From: SAR324 cluster bacterium
Lineage (GTDB): Bacteria > SAR324 > NAC60-12
Length of the DNA stretch: 64,000 bases
Direction of reading: 5' to 3'
Assembly (NCBI GenBank): GCA_022448485.1
Contig: JAKUUI010000005.1
Span: 5,979 to 69,978, forward strand
Part shown: piece by piece, positions 48,684 to 59,532 of the stretch
How the letters are laid out: every line of letters begins with the position of its first letter
Numbering within the stretch: the first letter of the stretch is position 1
The notes under the pieces: generated by a model
Told to the model about the DNA's origin: nothing
The model's database searches: none
Seen by the model: the letters and a program-made list of their open reading frames with translations, nothing else
Made by a program: the position numbers and the translations under genes

Positions 48684-49700
48684 GTGGAGAGTCTTCTTCA
48701 AAAAATTCGAAAAAACTGGGAGTTTCACCAACTAACAATTCCAGAATATAAACTGAAAAGCAGAAAACTTTCAAAAAATTCTGTTCAGGTTATTGTCTGC
48801 GTCAGCAGTGGGAGTGATTCAGTTGCTCTTTTCCATTCGCTTCTGCGTCTCAGTGCACTTCTTTGCTTGAAATTACATATTCTACATTTCAACCATCAGT
48901 TGCGTCCGGAAGCTCTTCGGGAGCAGGATTTTGTCGAGTCTCTTGGCAAAGAGTATAAAGTCCCTTTTCATTGTAAAACTGCAAAACACCTGCAGACCGG
49001 ACAACAGGGACTGCAAGAGTCTGCACGAAAGTGGAGGATAGATGAGTCTCGTAATCTACTTGAAACTCTGGGCGGAGGCTGGATAGCCACTGGACATCAT
49101 GCGGATGACCAAACTGAAACTTTACTGCTTAAATGGCTCCGGGGATCACACATTTCCAATTTGCAGGGAATGCGCTGGAAAAACACTCCTTTCATTCGTC
49201 CTTTGCTAAACTGCAGCAAATTGGAACTGCAGGGTTTTTTGAAAAATAATAATCTGGCCTGGATGGAAGATAATTCCAATCAAAGCGCTGCATACTTACG
49301 TAATCGAGTGCGGTTGGAACTGATCCCGCTCTTGGAGGAATTAACAAGGCATGGACTACAATCCCGGATTAGTGATTTGAGTGGACAAAGCCAGCTACTT
49401 CGCGAATGGCTGGATTCACAGTATGATGAATGGAAACAGCACTCCAGAAAAAATGAAAGTGAATCTCCAGATGTCCTGTCTTTAACTGATTTAGAGCAAG
49501 TAAGCGATTTACTTCAGGAAGAAATTATGCATAATTTTATCACTACTCAAACAAAACAGGCACTGAGCTACAGCAAACTCCAAAATATTTTTGAATTGAT
49601 GCGATCAGATAGCAATCTTTGGGAACTGCGCCTTTCTCAGGAATGGATAATCATCAAATCAGGCAAAGAGCTGTTGGTGCAGCAGAACTCTGAAAAATAA
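48684..49700 (+). CDS. tilS: tRNA(Ile)-lysidine synthetase (short form)
   Basis: PP-loop VSSGSDS, HFNHQLR, ATGHHADDQTET, IRPLL, W.ED.SN....Y.RN.VR..LIP. Confidence 0.92.
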   Translation: MESLLQKIRKNWEFHQLTIPEYKLKSRKLSKNSVQVIVCVSSGSDSVALFHSLLRLSALLCLKLHILHFNHQLRPEALREQDFVESLGKEYKVPFHCKTAKHLQTGQQGLQESARKWRIDESRNLLETLGGGWIATGHHADDQTETLLLKWLRGSHISNLQGMRWKNTPFIRPLLNCSKLELQGFLKNNNLAWMEDNSNQSAAYLRNRVRLELIPLLEELTRHGLQSRISDLSGQSQLLREWLDSQYDEWKQHSRKNESESPDVLSLTDLEQVSDLLQEEIMHNFITTQTKQALSYSKLQNIFELMRSDSNLWELRLSQEWIIIKSGKELLVQQNSEK

Positions 49701-49796
49701 TTTACTCTAATGAGATAGTTTGTTTCATTCTCTCTGCAGAAATGAAATCATTCCTGTCATTGCTTTGATACTTAGAAATAATTAAAAGGGAATTAA

Positions 49797-50687
49797 ATGC
49801 GAATCGGCATTGACATGGGAGGCACAAAAATAGAGGGAATCGCGCTTGCTGATAATGGGGAAGAGCTGATTCGTAGAAGAATTGACACACCTCGGCATGA
49901 CTACGATGGTACAGTTAACGCGATTGCCGGAATTGTTCACAGTCTTGAATCGGAAACTAAACAAAAATGTACCGTTGGTGTCGGCATTCCCGGTGCAATT
50001 TCACCGCAAACCAGGCTCGTTAAAAACGCAAACTCCACCTGGATAATCGGAAAGCATTTTGACCTCGATTTAGGAAATGCACTCGGGCGTGAAGTTCGCC
50101 TCGCAAATGATGCAAATTGTCTCGCTGTTTCTGAAGCAGTAGATGGCTCAGGCGCCGGTTTTAAGCTAGTATTTGCCATTATTCTCGGAACAGGATGTGG
50201 TGGCGGAATTGCTATAGATCAGAAGGTGCATAATGGGTTTCACGCCATTGCAGGCGAGTGGGGGCACATAACTTTGGGTTGGATGTATCCGGAAGAATAT
50301 CCTGGCATTGAGTGTTATTGCGGACAGCGGGGGTGCCTGGAAACATATATTTCCGGAACCGGATTTGAAAATGAATACCAACTGCAAACCGGAATCCGCA
50401 AACGTGGACGTGAAATTGTTGAAATACTTGAGCAGGGTGATGATGCTGCAGAGAGAGTAATGGAGATTTATGAAAACCGTCTGGCCCGAGCAATTGCGAC
50501 AGCTGTAAATTTTTTAGATCCGGATGTTCTGGTACTCGGCGGCGGGATGTCAAATATATCCCGGATTTATAAAACCGTTCCTGGTTTAGTCCAGAAATGG
50601 ACTTTTGGGGGAGAATTCACTACACCAATCCGGCCTGCAAAACACGGAGATTCCAGCGGAGTTCGTGGCGCAGCATGGCTTTGGTGA
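49797..50687 (+). CDS. mak: ROK family sugar kinase (fructokinase Mak-like)
   Basis: [57 protein letters not shown]. Confidence 0.92.
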   Translation: MRIGIDMGGTKIEGIALADNGEELIRRRIDTPRHDYDGTVNAIAGIVHSLESETKQKCTVGVGIPGAISPQTRLVKNANSTWIIGKHFDLDLGNALGREVRLANDANCLAVSEAVDGSGAGFKLVFAIILGTGCGGGIAIDQKVHNGFHAIAGEWGHITLGWMYPEEYPGIECYCGQRGCLETYISGTGFENEYQLQTGIRKRGREIVEILEQGDDAAERVMEIYENRLARAIATAVNFLDPDVLVLGGGMSNISRIYKTVPGLVQKWTFGGEFTTPIRPAKHGDSSGVRGAAWLW

Positions 50688-51449
50688 TCAACTATTTCGG
50701 GATTTTTCTACTAAATACGCAAAACCGATCACTTCATAAGTTATCGTCAGCGGCAGAAATAACCAGCCAATAAATGGAATAAAAGTAAGGACTGTCGGTA
50801 GCCAACCAATGCGAACCGGCAGCCAGCGCCAGCTCTTCCGAAGCTCGGCTGCTTCCTCCGGATTTGTTAAACTATCCAAATAAACAATGGTGCTTTCCCG
50901 TCCCAGCAGATGGGATTCAAGTACAAATACAATTGGCAGACCTATTACGGGAATCAGTCCGACAAAAAGCAGCATTACCGGAAACAAACAAGATTTCAAT
51001 GATTCTTTCAAAATATACTTAATATTAGCCATCCATGCTTTAAAAGAAAAAGTCGGCTCTTCAATTTGCCTGAAATGTTTGATAATCCGTAACACTAAAC
51101 TTTGGTGCCAGAGGCTGAGTAGTCCGACGGAAAAACGCAGGGCTACCATAGCAAAGACAGCTGCAACAGTCAGTTGAATGCTCCACAAAACTACTGATCC
51201 TACAGCAGCCCAAAAGCCTTCTCCCACGCCAAAAAGCCAGTTGATAAGCGGACCGAGAAGCTGATAGTAAAACAAGCCGTTCAAGGCAAGTGTTGCTGCA
51301 AAAAAGATGAGATAGTTAAATAGCATCCCTCGAACAGCCATGCCTCGCAGTCCTTCAATTTCGGATAATGCCTGATGTCCGGAACGAAATACTGTGACAG
51401 CATTTGTTTTTTGAAGAGTAACTTTTTTCCTGGTATTCATGTCGTTCAT
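50688..51449 (-). CDS. EI24/CysZ-like membrane protein
   Basis: Several TM helices with the two LIP.IG / FIPFIG motifs typical of the family. Confidence 0.65.
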   Translation of the reverse strand: MNDMNTRKKVTLQKTNAVTVFRSGHQALSEIEGLRGMAVRGMLFNYLIFFAATLALNGLFYYQLLGPLINWLFGVGEGFWAAVGSVVLWSIQLTVAAVFAMVALRFSVGLLSLWHQSLVLRIIKHFRQIEEPTFSFKAWMANIKYILKESLKSCLFPVMLLFVGLIPVIGLPIVFVLESHLLGRESTIVYLDSLTNPEEAAELRKSWRWLPVRIGWLPTVLTFIPFIGWLFLPLTITYEVIGFAYLVEKSRNS

Positions 51450-51631
51450 TTGTCCTCATTATTTCAGATGAATCATGTTTACAAGTTTAACTCACTTACA
51501 CAAATCCAGCCAGCAATTGATTAAGTATGATTTTTGTGGTTTTTGAATTTGCAGTAAACACCACAAAAAGTACTTAATTTGCATGAATTACAGGAATGAT
51601 TTTTCACTCAATTAACTTGCATTAATTTACA

Positions 51632-52210
51632 GTGCCAATCTTACCAAAAATCAGTGTATTTGTTATGTTTTTCCTATTGTCTGGATTTTCCGCTGGAGCA
51701 GAAGAACTTTGGCGTTTGCGCTATTTTGTTCCAACTGCGGCAGAAAGCCAAATCAAACTTGGCTCAAGCAAAGCCACTGGGAAACTTAATACATCCGGAC
51801 ATAGTGCAAATTTGGTTTTCGCAAATGGGATCGGTCTGGGTTATAGCACAGTACGCTCAAACGGAAGCCTTGAAGGTGTTTCCTACATCTTCAAGAATAA
51901 CTGCCTAGATTTGTCTTACACAATTGGGAACTCGCTCGGTTTTACTTTGGGAGCAGGACTCTTAATCAATGGGCGGGGAGAACTGAGCTTCAATGGAGTA
52001 AGTTATGCAACGGAAAACAGTACTGGTGAAGCAGTCTTTATGAACTTCGGCATTCCATTTTTTGGCGGAGAATTATTATTGGGTTACCGCCAAAATAACA
52101 TCAAATATAAGAATTTTCAAAGCCAGGTTTCTGGACAGTCCGTAACGCTTGCTGATTCTGTAAAATTAATTTCCGGCCAGGTCAACGTCGGTATCGGATT
52201 TTTGTTTTGA
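51632..52210 (+). CDS. Hypothetical exported protein, probable small outer-membrane beta-barrel
   Basis: Signal peptide (SAGA-EE), Gly/aromatic alternating strands, terminal VGIGFLF. Confidence 0.65.
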   Translation: MPILPKISVFVMFFLLSGFSAGAEELWRLRYFVPTAAESQIKLGSSKATGKLNTSGHSANLVFANGIGLGYSTVRSNGSLEGVSYIFKNNCLDLSYTIGNSLGFTLGAGLLINGRGELSFNGVSYATENSTGEAVFMNFGIPFFGGELLLGYRQNNIKYKNFQSQVSGQSVTLADSVKLISGQVNVGIGFLF

Positions 52211-52325
52211 AAATATTTGCTACTACTTTTTTTCAGCCTCTTTTTACGAAATAACTCACAAGCTAACAAATCCGAAATAGTTGCTGTGTTTGTTTTTTCT
52301 AGCTATTTTTAACTTGATACTGACA

Positions 52326-52772
52326 ATGCCTGAGATTAAACAGCAATTCATGATCCGTGCTTTGGAACTGGGGGAACATGCACGAACAAAAACCGGAGAT
52401 AATCCCTGGGTGGGTTGTGTGATTGTCAAGGGTGGAAAAGTGCTGGGCGAGGGTTATACACATCCCCCTGGGAAACTACATGCTGAAGCAGATGCAATCC
52501 GGAATGCTGAAGCACAGGGATACTCTCTCACTGGAGCAACACTTTACTGTACAGTAGAACCTTGTTCTTTCCGTGGCAGAACGCCATCTTGCGCCAAAAC
52601 AATTGTTGAAAAACAAATTTCACACGTTGTGATCTCCATTAGAGATCCACATCCACAAGTTAACGGTGAAGGAATACGCTTGCTTAGGGAAGGTGGTATT
52701 ACGGTAACAGAGGGAGTAGAAGAACAGTCGGTTCGTCGCTCTTTACAAGATTGGTTGAGTGGTTGGGAATGA
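52326..52772 (+). CDS. ribD: Stand-alone RibD-type pyrimidine deaminase domain
   Basis: NPWVGCVIV, HAE, TVEPCS..GRTPSC, DPHPQV.G.G. No reductase domain. Confidence 0.8.
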   Translation: MPEIKQQFMIRALELGEHARTKTGDNPWVGCVIVKGGKVLGEGYTHPPGKLHAEADAIRNAEAQGYSLTGATLYCTVEPCSFRGRTPSCAKTIVEKQISHVVISIRDPHPQVNGEGIRLLREGGITVTEGVEEQSVRRSLQDWLSGWE

Positions 52773-53209
52773 ACAAAAACCGAGAATATCCGGAGCGTCC
52801 CTTTGTAGGAGTGGGAGTTATTGTTTTACGTAACGAAGAAGTATTGCTAGTGCAGCGCGGTAAATCCCCAAACAAAGGACATTGGAGCATCCCTGGAGGC
52901 AAACAACGGCTTGGTGAAACAATTTTTCAAGCTGCACGCAGGGAAATCTTTGAGGAAACAGGAGTCAAAGTTGATCAACTTGCTCTGATTGACGTTGTGG
53001 ATATTATTATTCCTGACGGTGAAGGAAAAATCCGCTACCATTACACTGTGGTTGATTTTCAAGGCCAATGGCTTTCAGGAGAATGCCGCGCAGGTGATGA
53101 TGCACATGCTGTTAAGTGGTTCAAATTAAACGAACTCGGTTCACTTTCATTGTCAGAGAAAGCAAAAGGAATAATTCTCAAAGCGGCCAACAGGTCAGAC
53201 TTGATTTAA
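52769..53209 (+). CDS. NUDIX hydrolase
   Basis: REYPERP.VGVG, Nudix box GG....GET...AARRE..EETG. ATGA overlap with the deaminase stop. Confidence 0.93.
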   Translation: MNKNREYPERPFVGVGVIVLRNEEVLLVQRGKSPNKGHWSIPGGKQRLGETIFQAARREIFEETGVKVDQLALIDVVDIIIPDGEGKIRYHYTVVDFQGQWLSGECRAGDDAHAVKWFKLNELGSLSLSEKAKGIILKAANRSDLI

Positions 53210-53280
53210 ACTATCTGCATAAATATCTTGTTCCCAAGGAAGGTTAAACTAGCTGTACCGCGGCACACATGAGAACCTGT

Positions 53281-54198
53281 TTATTCCTTTTTTCGCTTCC
53301 TGAATCCTTCTTCTTCCCAGGTCAGAAAGCGTTTCCCAATCACATCTCCTGTGTCTTGAACAGAGACAAAAGCGTCAGGATCTGTTTCAAACAAATATTC
53401 TTTGAGCCGGCCTAATTCCAAAAGGTTTATTACAGTATAAATAACCCGTTTTTCTCCACTTGCATATCCGCCAGAGGCATGAAAATAAGTAAATCCACGG
53501 TCAAGTTTTTGTAAAACATTTTCTGCAACCTCTTCTGGCTTAGAGGAAATGATGAATACTGATTTCCTCTGAGATAGACCAATCTGCCCCTTTTGCATAC
53601 TCCAGCTGAAAACGTACATAAAGACTCCTGTGAAGAGCGCCGTTTCGAACTGATGAAGGTACGCATTGCTGAAAATAACGAAAAAGTTAACTAGATTGAA
53701 AACTGTTCCAATGGGAACTGCAAAGCGTTTTTTCATCACAGTTCCTAAAATATCCAGCCCTCCTACTGATCCACCAAGGCGTAGATAAAACCCTGTAGTA
53801 AATCCAGAAAGTGCTCCACCAAAAATGGCGGCCAACATTGGGTCTTTAACTGAAATTTCAACTCCCTGTGTCAATTCAAGACTTGTAGAATAAAGCCCCA
53901 TACCAATCAGTGAAGTCATGATGAATTTCAGAGAAAATTCACGAAAGCCAATTAAAAAAATTGGGATATTCATCAATGCATAGAGCAAACTGAATGGGAG
54001 ATAATCCTTAATTGAGTCATAAAACAACAAGGCCAGACCAGTCAGTCCACTTGCAAAAAAGTTGTGTGGAATAAGAATTCCATTGACCACAACACTGAAG
54101 ACAAAGCAACCGAAAGCCAGCACCAGTAGCATGTACCAATATTTCAATGTGCGCAGAGAAATTATAAATTCTTGAAAATCTTCATGAAGTTGATTCAT
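53281..54198 (-). CDS. YitT family membrane protein
   Basis: SGLTG.A, NIPIF..G, GGS.GG.DI, C-terminal G.Y....K.VIY.V....E..LK......DP.AF......V.G. Confidence 0.9.
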   Translation of the reverse strand: MNQLHEDFQEFIISLRTLKYWYMLLVLAFGCFVFSVVVNGILIPHNFFASGLTGLALLFYDSIKDYLPFSLLYALMNIPIFLIGFREFSLKFIMTSLIGMGLYSTSLELTQGVEISVKDPMLAAIFGGALSGFTTGFYLRLGGSVGGLDILGTVMKKRFAVPIGTVFNLVNFFVIFSNAYLHQFETALFTGVFMYVFSWSMQKGQIGLSQRKSVFIISSKPEEVAENVLQKLDRGFTYFHASGGYASGEKRVIYTVINLLELGRLKEYLFETDPDAFVSVQDTGDVIGKRFLTWEEEGFRKRKKE

Positions 54199-54238
54199 TA
54201 AAATTCCAGTTGATTTATTAGTTTTGCAGAAAAAGAAC

Positions 54239-54277
54239 AAAAAAAACGGGATGTCCGCTTGTGCAGCCATCCCGTTT
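54239..54277 (-). terminator. Rho-independent terminator of the cold-shock gene
   Basis: aaacgggatg...catcccgttt stem followed by a T run on the minus strand, about 25 nt after the stop. Confidence 0.75.
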
Positions 54278-54302
54278 GAACCGTATTTATTCTAATAATG
54301 AA

Positions 54303-54497
54303 TTATGAAGCAGTTTGAACGCTTACTGCACAGGGACCCTTTTGCCCCTCTCCAATTTCGAATTCCACGTTTTCTCCTTCTCTGAGATATCCCCCTCGGA
54401 CCTCAGAATGATGAACGAACAAGTCTTTACCAGACTCCTGCTCGATGAAGCCATAACCTTTACGTTCGTTAAACCATTTTACTTTGCCTGTTGCCAT
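54303..54497 (-). CDS. cspA: Cold-shock protein
   Basis: GKVKWFN..KGYGFI, DLFVHHS, G.KGP.A..V. Confidence 0.96.
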   Translation of the reverse strand: MATGKVKWFNERKGYGFIEQESGKDLFVHHSEVRGGYLREGENVEFEIGEGQKGPCAVSVQTAS

Positions 54498-54622
54498 TGT
54501 GACCTTATATTTTAATTAAAAAAACTCTCCAAAATGAAGAGGGGAAGCGATAATTATGACAGGTAAAAAAACAAAAGCAAGGAAAAAATATCTTTCTCTA
54601 CCTTTCTTTTTTCAATATCTTT

Positions 54623-56440
54623 TCATTTTGCTGGTGCTGGGACTAACTCTGTTCCCCGGTACAGTGTTTCAACCAGACCAGCATAAACTCCCCTTTGGCT
54701 TAAAAGTCCATCATGTGATCCACGTTCCACAATTTTTCCAGCATCCATTACCAGGATCAAATCCGAATTTTGAATTGTGCTCAGTCGATGCGCAATGGCA
54801 ATCACAGTTTTTTCATGAAAAATACGTTCAATAGCTTTCTGAATAAGATTTTCTGTCACAGAATCAACAGAGCTGGTTGCTTCATCCAAGACAATCAGGT
54901 CACTTTCCCCTGCTAATGCACGGGCAAAAACGACCAATCGTCCCTGTCCCTCCGAAAGATTTTTTCCGCCTTCAAGTATCTTGAAATCATATTGTTCGGG
55001 CAGGTGCTCAATAAATTCGTGAGCATAGACGTATTGGGCAGCATCCCGAATTTTTTCCCGAGTAATTTCCGGACGGTTAAGGGCAATATTGAAGCCGATA
55101 CTTTCCTCAAATAAATAAGATTCCTGCTGCATCAGAGCAATCATCCGCAGTAAATGACTCCGTGAGATTTCGCTAAGTTCTACACCATTTATTTTGATCG
55201 AACCCTGATAATGTGTATAGGTTCTGGTAAGAAGACGGACGATTGTGGTCTTTCCGGAACCTGTTGAACCAACTATGGCCAGACGATCGCCTTTGCTGAC
55301 AATAAACGAGACACCCTGCAGAACCCAGGGGGCATCTTCTGTGTAACGGAAATGAACATTTTCAAAACGCAATTCTTCAAAATTCTGAAAACGTTTCATC
55401 AGTTGCTCAGAAGTATATTTTATGGAATTGGCTTCCGTGAAATGGTGTCCTGCAGTGTCTTGATCTTCTGGAATTTCACGAAATAATTTATCAATATTTT
55501 CCAGTGATGAAAGTGAGCGCTGAAAAACAGAAATCTGTTGAGTAAACTCACGAATTGGCACAAAAATACGATTCAGCGTGTTAATGAAGCCAACCAAAAC
55601 TCCGATTGAGACAATGCTGGCCAGAATTTGCTGGGAACCATACCACAGCATCAAGGCCAGGGCAATTGAGGTGATGGCTTCAATCACGGAAAAAAGAGCT
55701 GCATCATAAAAATTGGAGTGTGACTGTGCCTTAAAAAAATGCTTTGTTTTTGTTTCAAATTGCCGTCTAACTTTGTCTTCTGCAGCATACAACTGGATTG
55801 TTTTAACCCCATTCAAACATTCCTGCAAATAACCAGTCGCGTCTGCAAGTGCCTCACGAGTGAGGTTGTAATAATGCCGTAGACGAGTACGTAAAAAGTT
55901 GCTGACAAAATAAATTGGAGGCAAAATCAACAGCACAACTAGCGTCAGCTTCCAACTCAGTGCAACCAGCAAAATGAGCAGTGCAATTGTTTTGAGAAAA
56001 TCTGTGAAAATGGAAAGTACACCAATGGCCAGCGATTCATTGAGCGCTTCCATGTCACTTGTGAGGCGCGTCAAAATCACTCCGATTGGACGCTGGTCAA
56101 AAAAAGAGCGGGGCATGGAGAGGATATGCGCATAAAGATCGCTGCGCATAGCACTAATAGCTAACTGGCCGGTTTTTTGGAGGGAAAATGTATAAATTGA
56201 ATCTGAAAAATAACCCACAGCAACCGTTCCTGCCATGAGGGCCACCATCAGAAACAATCCCTCCAGATCTCCAGGAATTACATGATCATCAATAATTTGA
56301 ATAATGAACCATGGAAGAAGTAAAGTTGCCACAATTGAAAAAGGAATTGTTGCCGTTCCCAGAGCCACACTTTTCCAGTGCGGACGCACGTAAACGAGAA
56401 ACCGCTGAAATAATTCCCAGTCGTTGACTACTTTATTCAA
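54623..56440 (-). CDS. ABC exporter, fused permease and ATP-binding protein
   Basis: Six-TM ABC membrane domain, Walker A GSTGSGKT, non-canonical signature LSEGQ, Walker B VLDEATSSVD, IAHRLST. Confidence 0.93.
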   Translation of the reverse strand: MNKVVNDWELFQRFLVYVRPHWKSVALGTATIPFSIVATLLLPWFIIQIIDDHVIPGDLEGLFLMVALMAGTVAVGYFSDSIYTFSLQKTGQLAISAMRSDLYAHILSMPRSFFDQRPIGVILTRLTSDMEALNESLAIGVLSIFTDFLKTIALLILLVALSWKLTLVVLLILPPIYFVSNFLRTRLRHYYNLTREALADATGYLQECLNGVKTIQLYAAEDKVRRQFETKTKHFFKAQSHSNFYDAALFSVIEAITSIALALMLWYGSQQILASIVSIGVLVGFINTLNRIFVPIREFTQQISVFQRSLSSLENIDKLFREIPEDQDTAGHHFTEANSIKYTSEQLMKRFQNFEELRFENVHFRYTEDAPWVLQGVSFIVSKGDRLAIVGSTGSGKTTIVRLLTRTYTHYQGSIKINGVELSEISRSHLLRMIALMQQESYLFEESIGFNIALNRPEITREKIRDAAQYVYAHEFIEHLPEQYDFKILEGGKNLSEGQGRLVVFARALAGESDLIVLDEATSSVDSVTENLIQKAIERIFHEKTVIAIAHRLSTIQNSDLILVMDAGKIVERGSHDGLLSQRGVYAGLVETLYRGTELVPAPAK

Positions 56441-56532
56441 TGTTCGATGTTTCAGGATTCAGGTTAAAGGTTCCGGGATCGACGAGTTTCAACCGGTTTT
56501 TCCAGTTCAAGGCTTGTCAAGTTGTATTTGAT

Positions 56533-57804
56533 TTATATTCGCTTCCGGATGGAGGCCAACTGAACACAGGTCACAAAAATCTGCATTGCCAGATCCAAAT
56601 CTTCCACACTCGGGAATGTGGGTGACAGTCGGATATTCCTGTCGTTTGGATCTCGAGTGTAGGGAAAGGTTGCACCTGCAGGAGTAAGTTTCACGCCGGC
56701 CTCTCCCGCGAGACGGACTATTTCCTGCGCCAGTCCTGGTAATGCATCAAAAGAAACAAAATATCCACCTTCTGGATTGCACCAGGTCCCCATACCCTTT
56801 CCGCCCAATCCGCTTTCAAGATGTTTTTGCACCATCGCAAACTTGGGGCGTAAAATTTCAGCATGTTTGCGCATGTGTGCCCGAACGCCTTCTATATTAT
56901 TTAGAAAGAGAACTTGACGCTGCTGATTGAGTTTGTTCGGGCCAATACTCATGACAGAAAGGCGTTTGCGGAAATGTTCCAGATTTTTCTCCGATGTACC
57001 CAGAAAAGAAATCCCACCCCCTGCATAAGTTATCTTTGAAGTTGATGCGGTTAAAATTAAATTGTCTTCAGTTCCATATTTTCGGCAATAATCCATCACA
57101 TTGGCCAGTTGCTGCGGGTTTTCAAAGAGGTCATGCACTCCGTAGGCATTGTCCCACATCACGCGAAAATTCGAACCGGCAATCTTTCCAAGTGAAGCAA
57201 TCCTCTCCACCACTTCTTCAGAATAAACATTCCCGGTAGGATTCGAATACTTTGGAACACACCACATGCCTTTGATCATGGAATCATTGCGCACCAAATC
57301 ATCTACAGCGTCCATATCAGGACCCTCGTCCAGCATGTCCACATTAACCATCTGCAGCCCCAATTCCTCACAGATGGTAAAGTGCCGATCGTATCCGGGC
57401 ACAATCGCCAAGAATTTCACGTCACCTTCCCTGACCCACGCGGTATCCGGCCCCTGTGAACCGTGATAATATGCGTGAAGCATGTAAAGATACATCAGCG
57501 TTAAGCTGCTGTGATCTCCGGAAATCACTTCGGATTTCCGCAGTCCAAGCATTTCGCTGCCGAGTTTCCGCGCAGCAGGAATTCCATCGAGCCCTCCATA
57601 ATTCCTGAGGTCAGTTCCGCTCTCAGAAATCATTTTGTCTTTGAGCGAACCTTCCATTTCATCAGCAAGATCCAACTGTGCGGCTCCAGGCTTGCCCCGA
57701 GTAAGGTCCAGCTTTAAACCGGCATCCTGATATTCCTGATAATTTGCTGCAAGTTTTTGTTCCAAAGTTTGCAGTTCTTCTCTGGTTGCATTTTCAAGAT
57801 TCAT
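56533..57804 (-). CDS. PLP-dependent class I/II aminotransferase (AspT-like)
   Basis: LDLTRGKP, RNYGGLDG, VPGYDRHF, VPKYSNPTG, WDNAY, PLP-lysine STSKIT, IRLSPT. Confidence 0.92.
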   Translation of the reverse strand: MNLENATREELQTLEQKLAANYQEYQDAGLKLDLTRGKPGAAQLDLADEMEGSLKDKMISESGTDLRNYGGLDGIPAARKLGSEMLGLRKSEVISGDHSSLTLMYLYMLHAYYHGSQGPDTAWVREGDVKFLAIVPGYDRHFTICEELGLQMVNVDMLDEGPDMDAVDDLVRNDSMIKGMWCVPKYSNPTGNVYSEEVVERIASLGKIAGSNFRVMWDNAYGVHDLFENPQQLANVMDYCRKYGTEDNLILTASTSKITYAGGGISFLGTSEKNLEHFRKRLSVMSIGPNKLNQQRQVLFLNNIEGVRAHMRKHAEILRPKFAMVQKHLESGLGGKGMGTWCNPEGGYFVSFDALPGLAQEIVRLAGEAGVKLTPAGATFPYTRDPNDRNIRLSPTFPSVEDLDLAMQIFVTCVQLASIRKRI

Positions 57805-57922
57805 ATTTTTTTTGTGTACAGGTCTAAGTTCCGGTCTTTATTATCAAATCCAGCCCGCAAAGTGTCAACCTTCAATGTCTCAGCATTCCCCGTTTTATTA
57901 TTATTCGCAATTCTAAAAATTT

Positions 57923-58774
57923 TTATTTCCATTCAATAATTTTTTTGCACAATGGCCCTCCGTCACCTAGATAATCATGAATGATATTGAAATGGTTTTT
58001 TCCTGGAATTAACTGATATTCAACAGGAACTCCGTATTTTTGCAGGTATTTGGCGTAGACCTCTGATTGCCGCTGAAACTCTTGAGATTCATCCGCACCC
58101 ACTGCAACAATTACAGGAGGCGAGTACACAGGTTTCAGGAGCAGAGGACTGTTGCGGAGAACTTCCTCTGAGGTCAGCTGCAATTCTGGCTGGAGCCAAG
58201 AAAACGGGAACGGTGCAAGGTCGAAAAGCCCGCTGACTGGCAAAAATCCATTAATTAAATTTACAGGCAAACCATAGTCTTTTTCCCACTCTGCAGTCAG
58301 TAACATTCCCGTCAAATGACCACCAGCTGAATGTCCGGAAACCGAAATCCGCTCCGGATTCCCGCCAAACGTCTCTGCATTGCGATAAGTCCAGGCCACT
58401 GCGGCTCGGGATTGCCGGACAATTTCATCGATATTAACCGTAGGACAAAGAGCATAGTTTACCAGCACTGCCGTAATACCGTTCCGTACCAGTCCTTCTG
58501 CCACAAAAGCAAAATCCCTGCTGGTCAGCGAATGCCAGTAACCACCGTGAAAAAAAATGTGTATGGGGCTGGACGTTATTTTTGCCGGAAAAATATCAAG
58601 AGTTTCCGCTCGTGTAGGGCCATAACCAACTCCGGAATGGTTGGAATATTCTTTGATAACTCTTTCACTTTCAGTGAAATAGCTTTGAATCAGCTCATCT
58701 GTATTGTCCACAATCAAGCGTGGATTATATTCCTGATCGATTTCTTCCTGAGTGGAAAACGTGTGGTATAGCAT
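57923..58774 (-). CDS. Alpha/beta hydrolase, arylformamidase (kynurenine formamidase)-like
   Basis: YG....E.LDIF, HGGYW, nucleophile GHSAGGHL, SGLFDL, ES.EF.RQS, NHF. Confidence 0.88.
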   Translation of the reverse strand: MLYHTFSTQEEIDQEYNPRLIVDNTDELIQSYFTESERVIKEYSNHSGVGYGPTRAETLDIFPAKITSSPIHIFFHGGYWHSLTSRDFAFVAEGLVRNGITAVLVNYALCPTVNIDEIVRQSRAAVAWTYRNAETFGGNPERISVSGHSAGGHLTGMLLTAEWEKDYGLPVNLINGFLPVSGLFDLAPFPFSWLQPELQLTSEEVLRNSPLLLKPVYSPPVIVAVGADESQEFQRQSEVYAKYLQKYGVPVEYQLIPGKNHFNIIHDYLGDGGPLCKKIIEWK

Positions 58775-58831
58775 TACCAAGCCTGTCTTACTATGAATTC
58801 TAAAAGCTCTGAGTTCCTGACGCAAAATACT

Positions 58832-59500
58832 TTATAACGGTTTTTCAACGTCTCGTTTGATATATAACGGGTTCACAGGAGCATACGGATCAAAATCTGG
58901 TGCAGCTAATTTTTTTGCACCCAGACGATCTAAAAGCAGAGCATCAGGAACCGGATAATCTAAGGGCAGCAAAACCAGTTTTTCGAACAGTGGTTCCGGT
59001 TTCCGCCGCTCAGAACTTACGCGATAGAGGACAACTGGAACACCGCCTGAGTTATCAATGAATTTTTCAAGACTGGTGAGCTGAATTGGTGCCTGTGCAA
59101 CTGGCTGATCATCGATTATCCGAAAAACCGAATGAAAGACTTCTCTGCGCGAGCAGTTCAGCAGCACAGGAAAATCATCTTTCAAGTTCCTGATTTGTCC
59201 GGCAAGCAATTCCAAGGAATTGACTGGAACAACAGGTTTGCTGTGGACTTGCGCGAATGTTTTAACCACTCCCATTCCAATTCTGACACCTGTATAAGAG
59301 CCAGGACCGCAGTTAATAACATAGGCCTCAATTTCAGCTATGCTTAACTCTGTGTTTTTCAGCAAATCATCAATAACTCCAAAAATAATTTTTGAATTCC
59401 GCCGATTACACAATGAATAATAATTAGCCAAAGGCGCTCCGTTGCGCGTCAGGCACAATCCCAAATGTTCAAAAGAAGTATCAACTGAAAGTCGAATCAT
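58832..59500 (-). CDS. tsaB: tRNA threonylcarbamoyladenosine biosynthesis protein TsaB
   Basis: L.VDTS, GPGSYTGVRIG, SLELLA, C-terminal PLYIK. Adjacent to tsaE. Confidence 0.93.
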   Translation of the reverse strand: MIRLSVDTSFEHLGLCLTRNGAPLANYYSLCNRRNSKIIFGVIDDLLKNTELSIAEIEAYVINCGPGSYTGVRIGMGVVKTFAQVHSKPVVPVNSLELLAGQIRNLKDDFPVLLNCSRREVFHSVFRIIDDQPVAQAPIQLTSLEKFIDNSGGVPVVLYRVSSERRKPEPLFEKLVLLPLDYPVPDALLLDRLGAKKLAAPDFDPYAPVNPLYIKRDVEKPL

Positions 59501-59532
59501 GCACTATCCTGGATCAAAGAATTTGTTGTTTT

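Noticed and set aside
51531-51569. Inverted repeat tttttgtggt-N19-accacaaaaa in a divergent promoter region
   Set aside because: Single low-complexity instance that cannot be assigned to a regulator or terminator.
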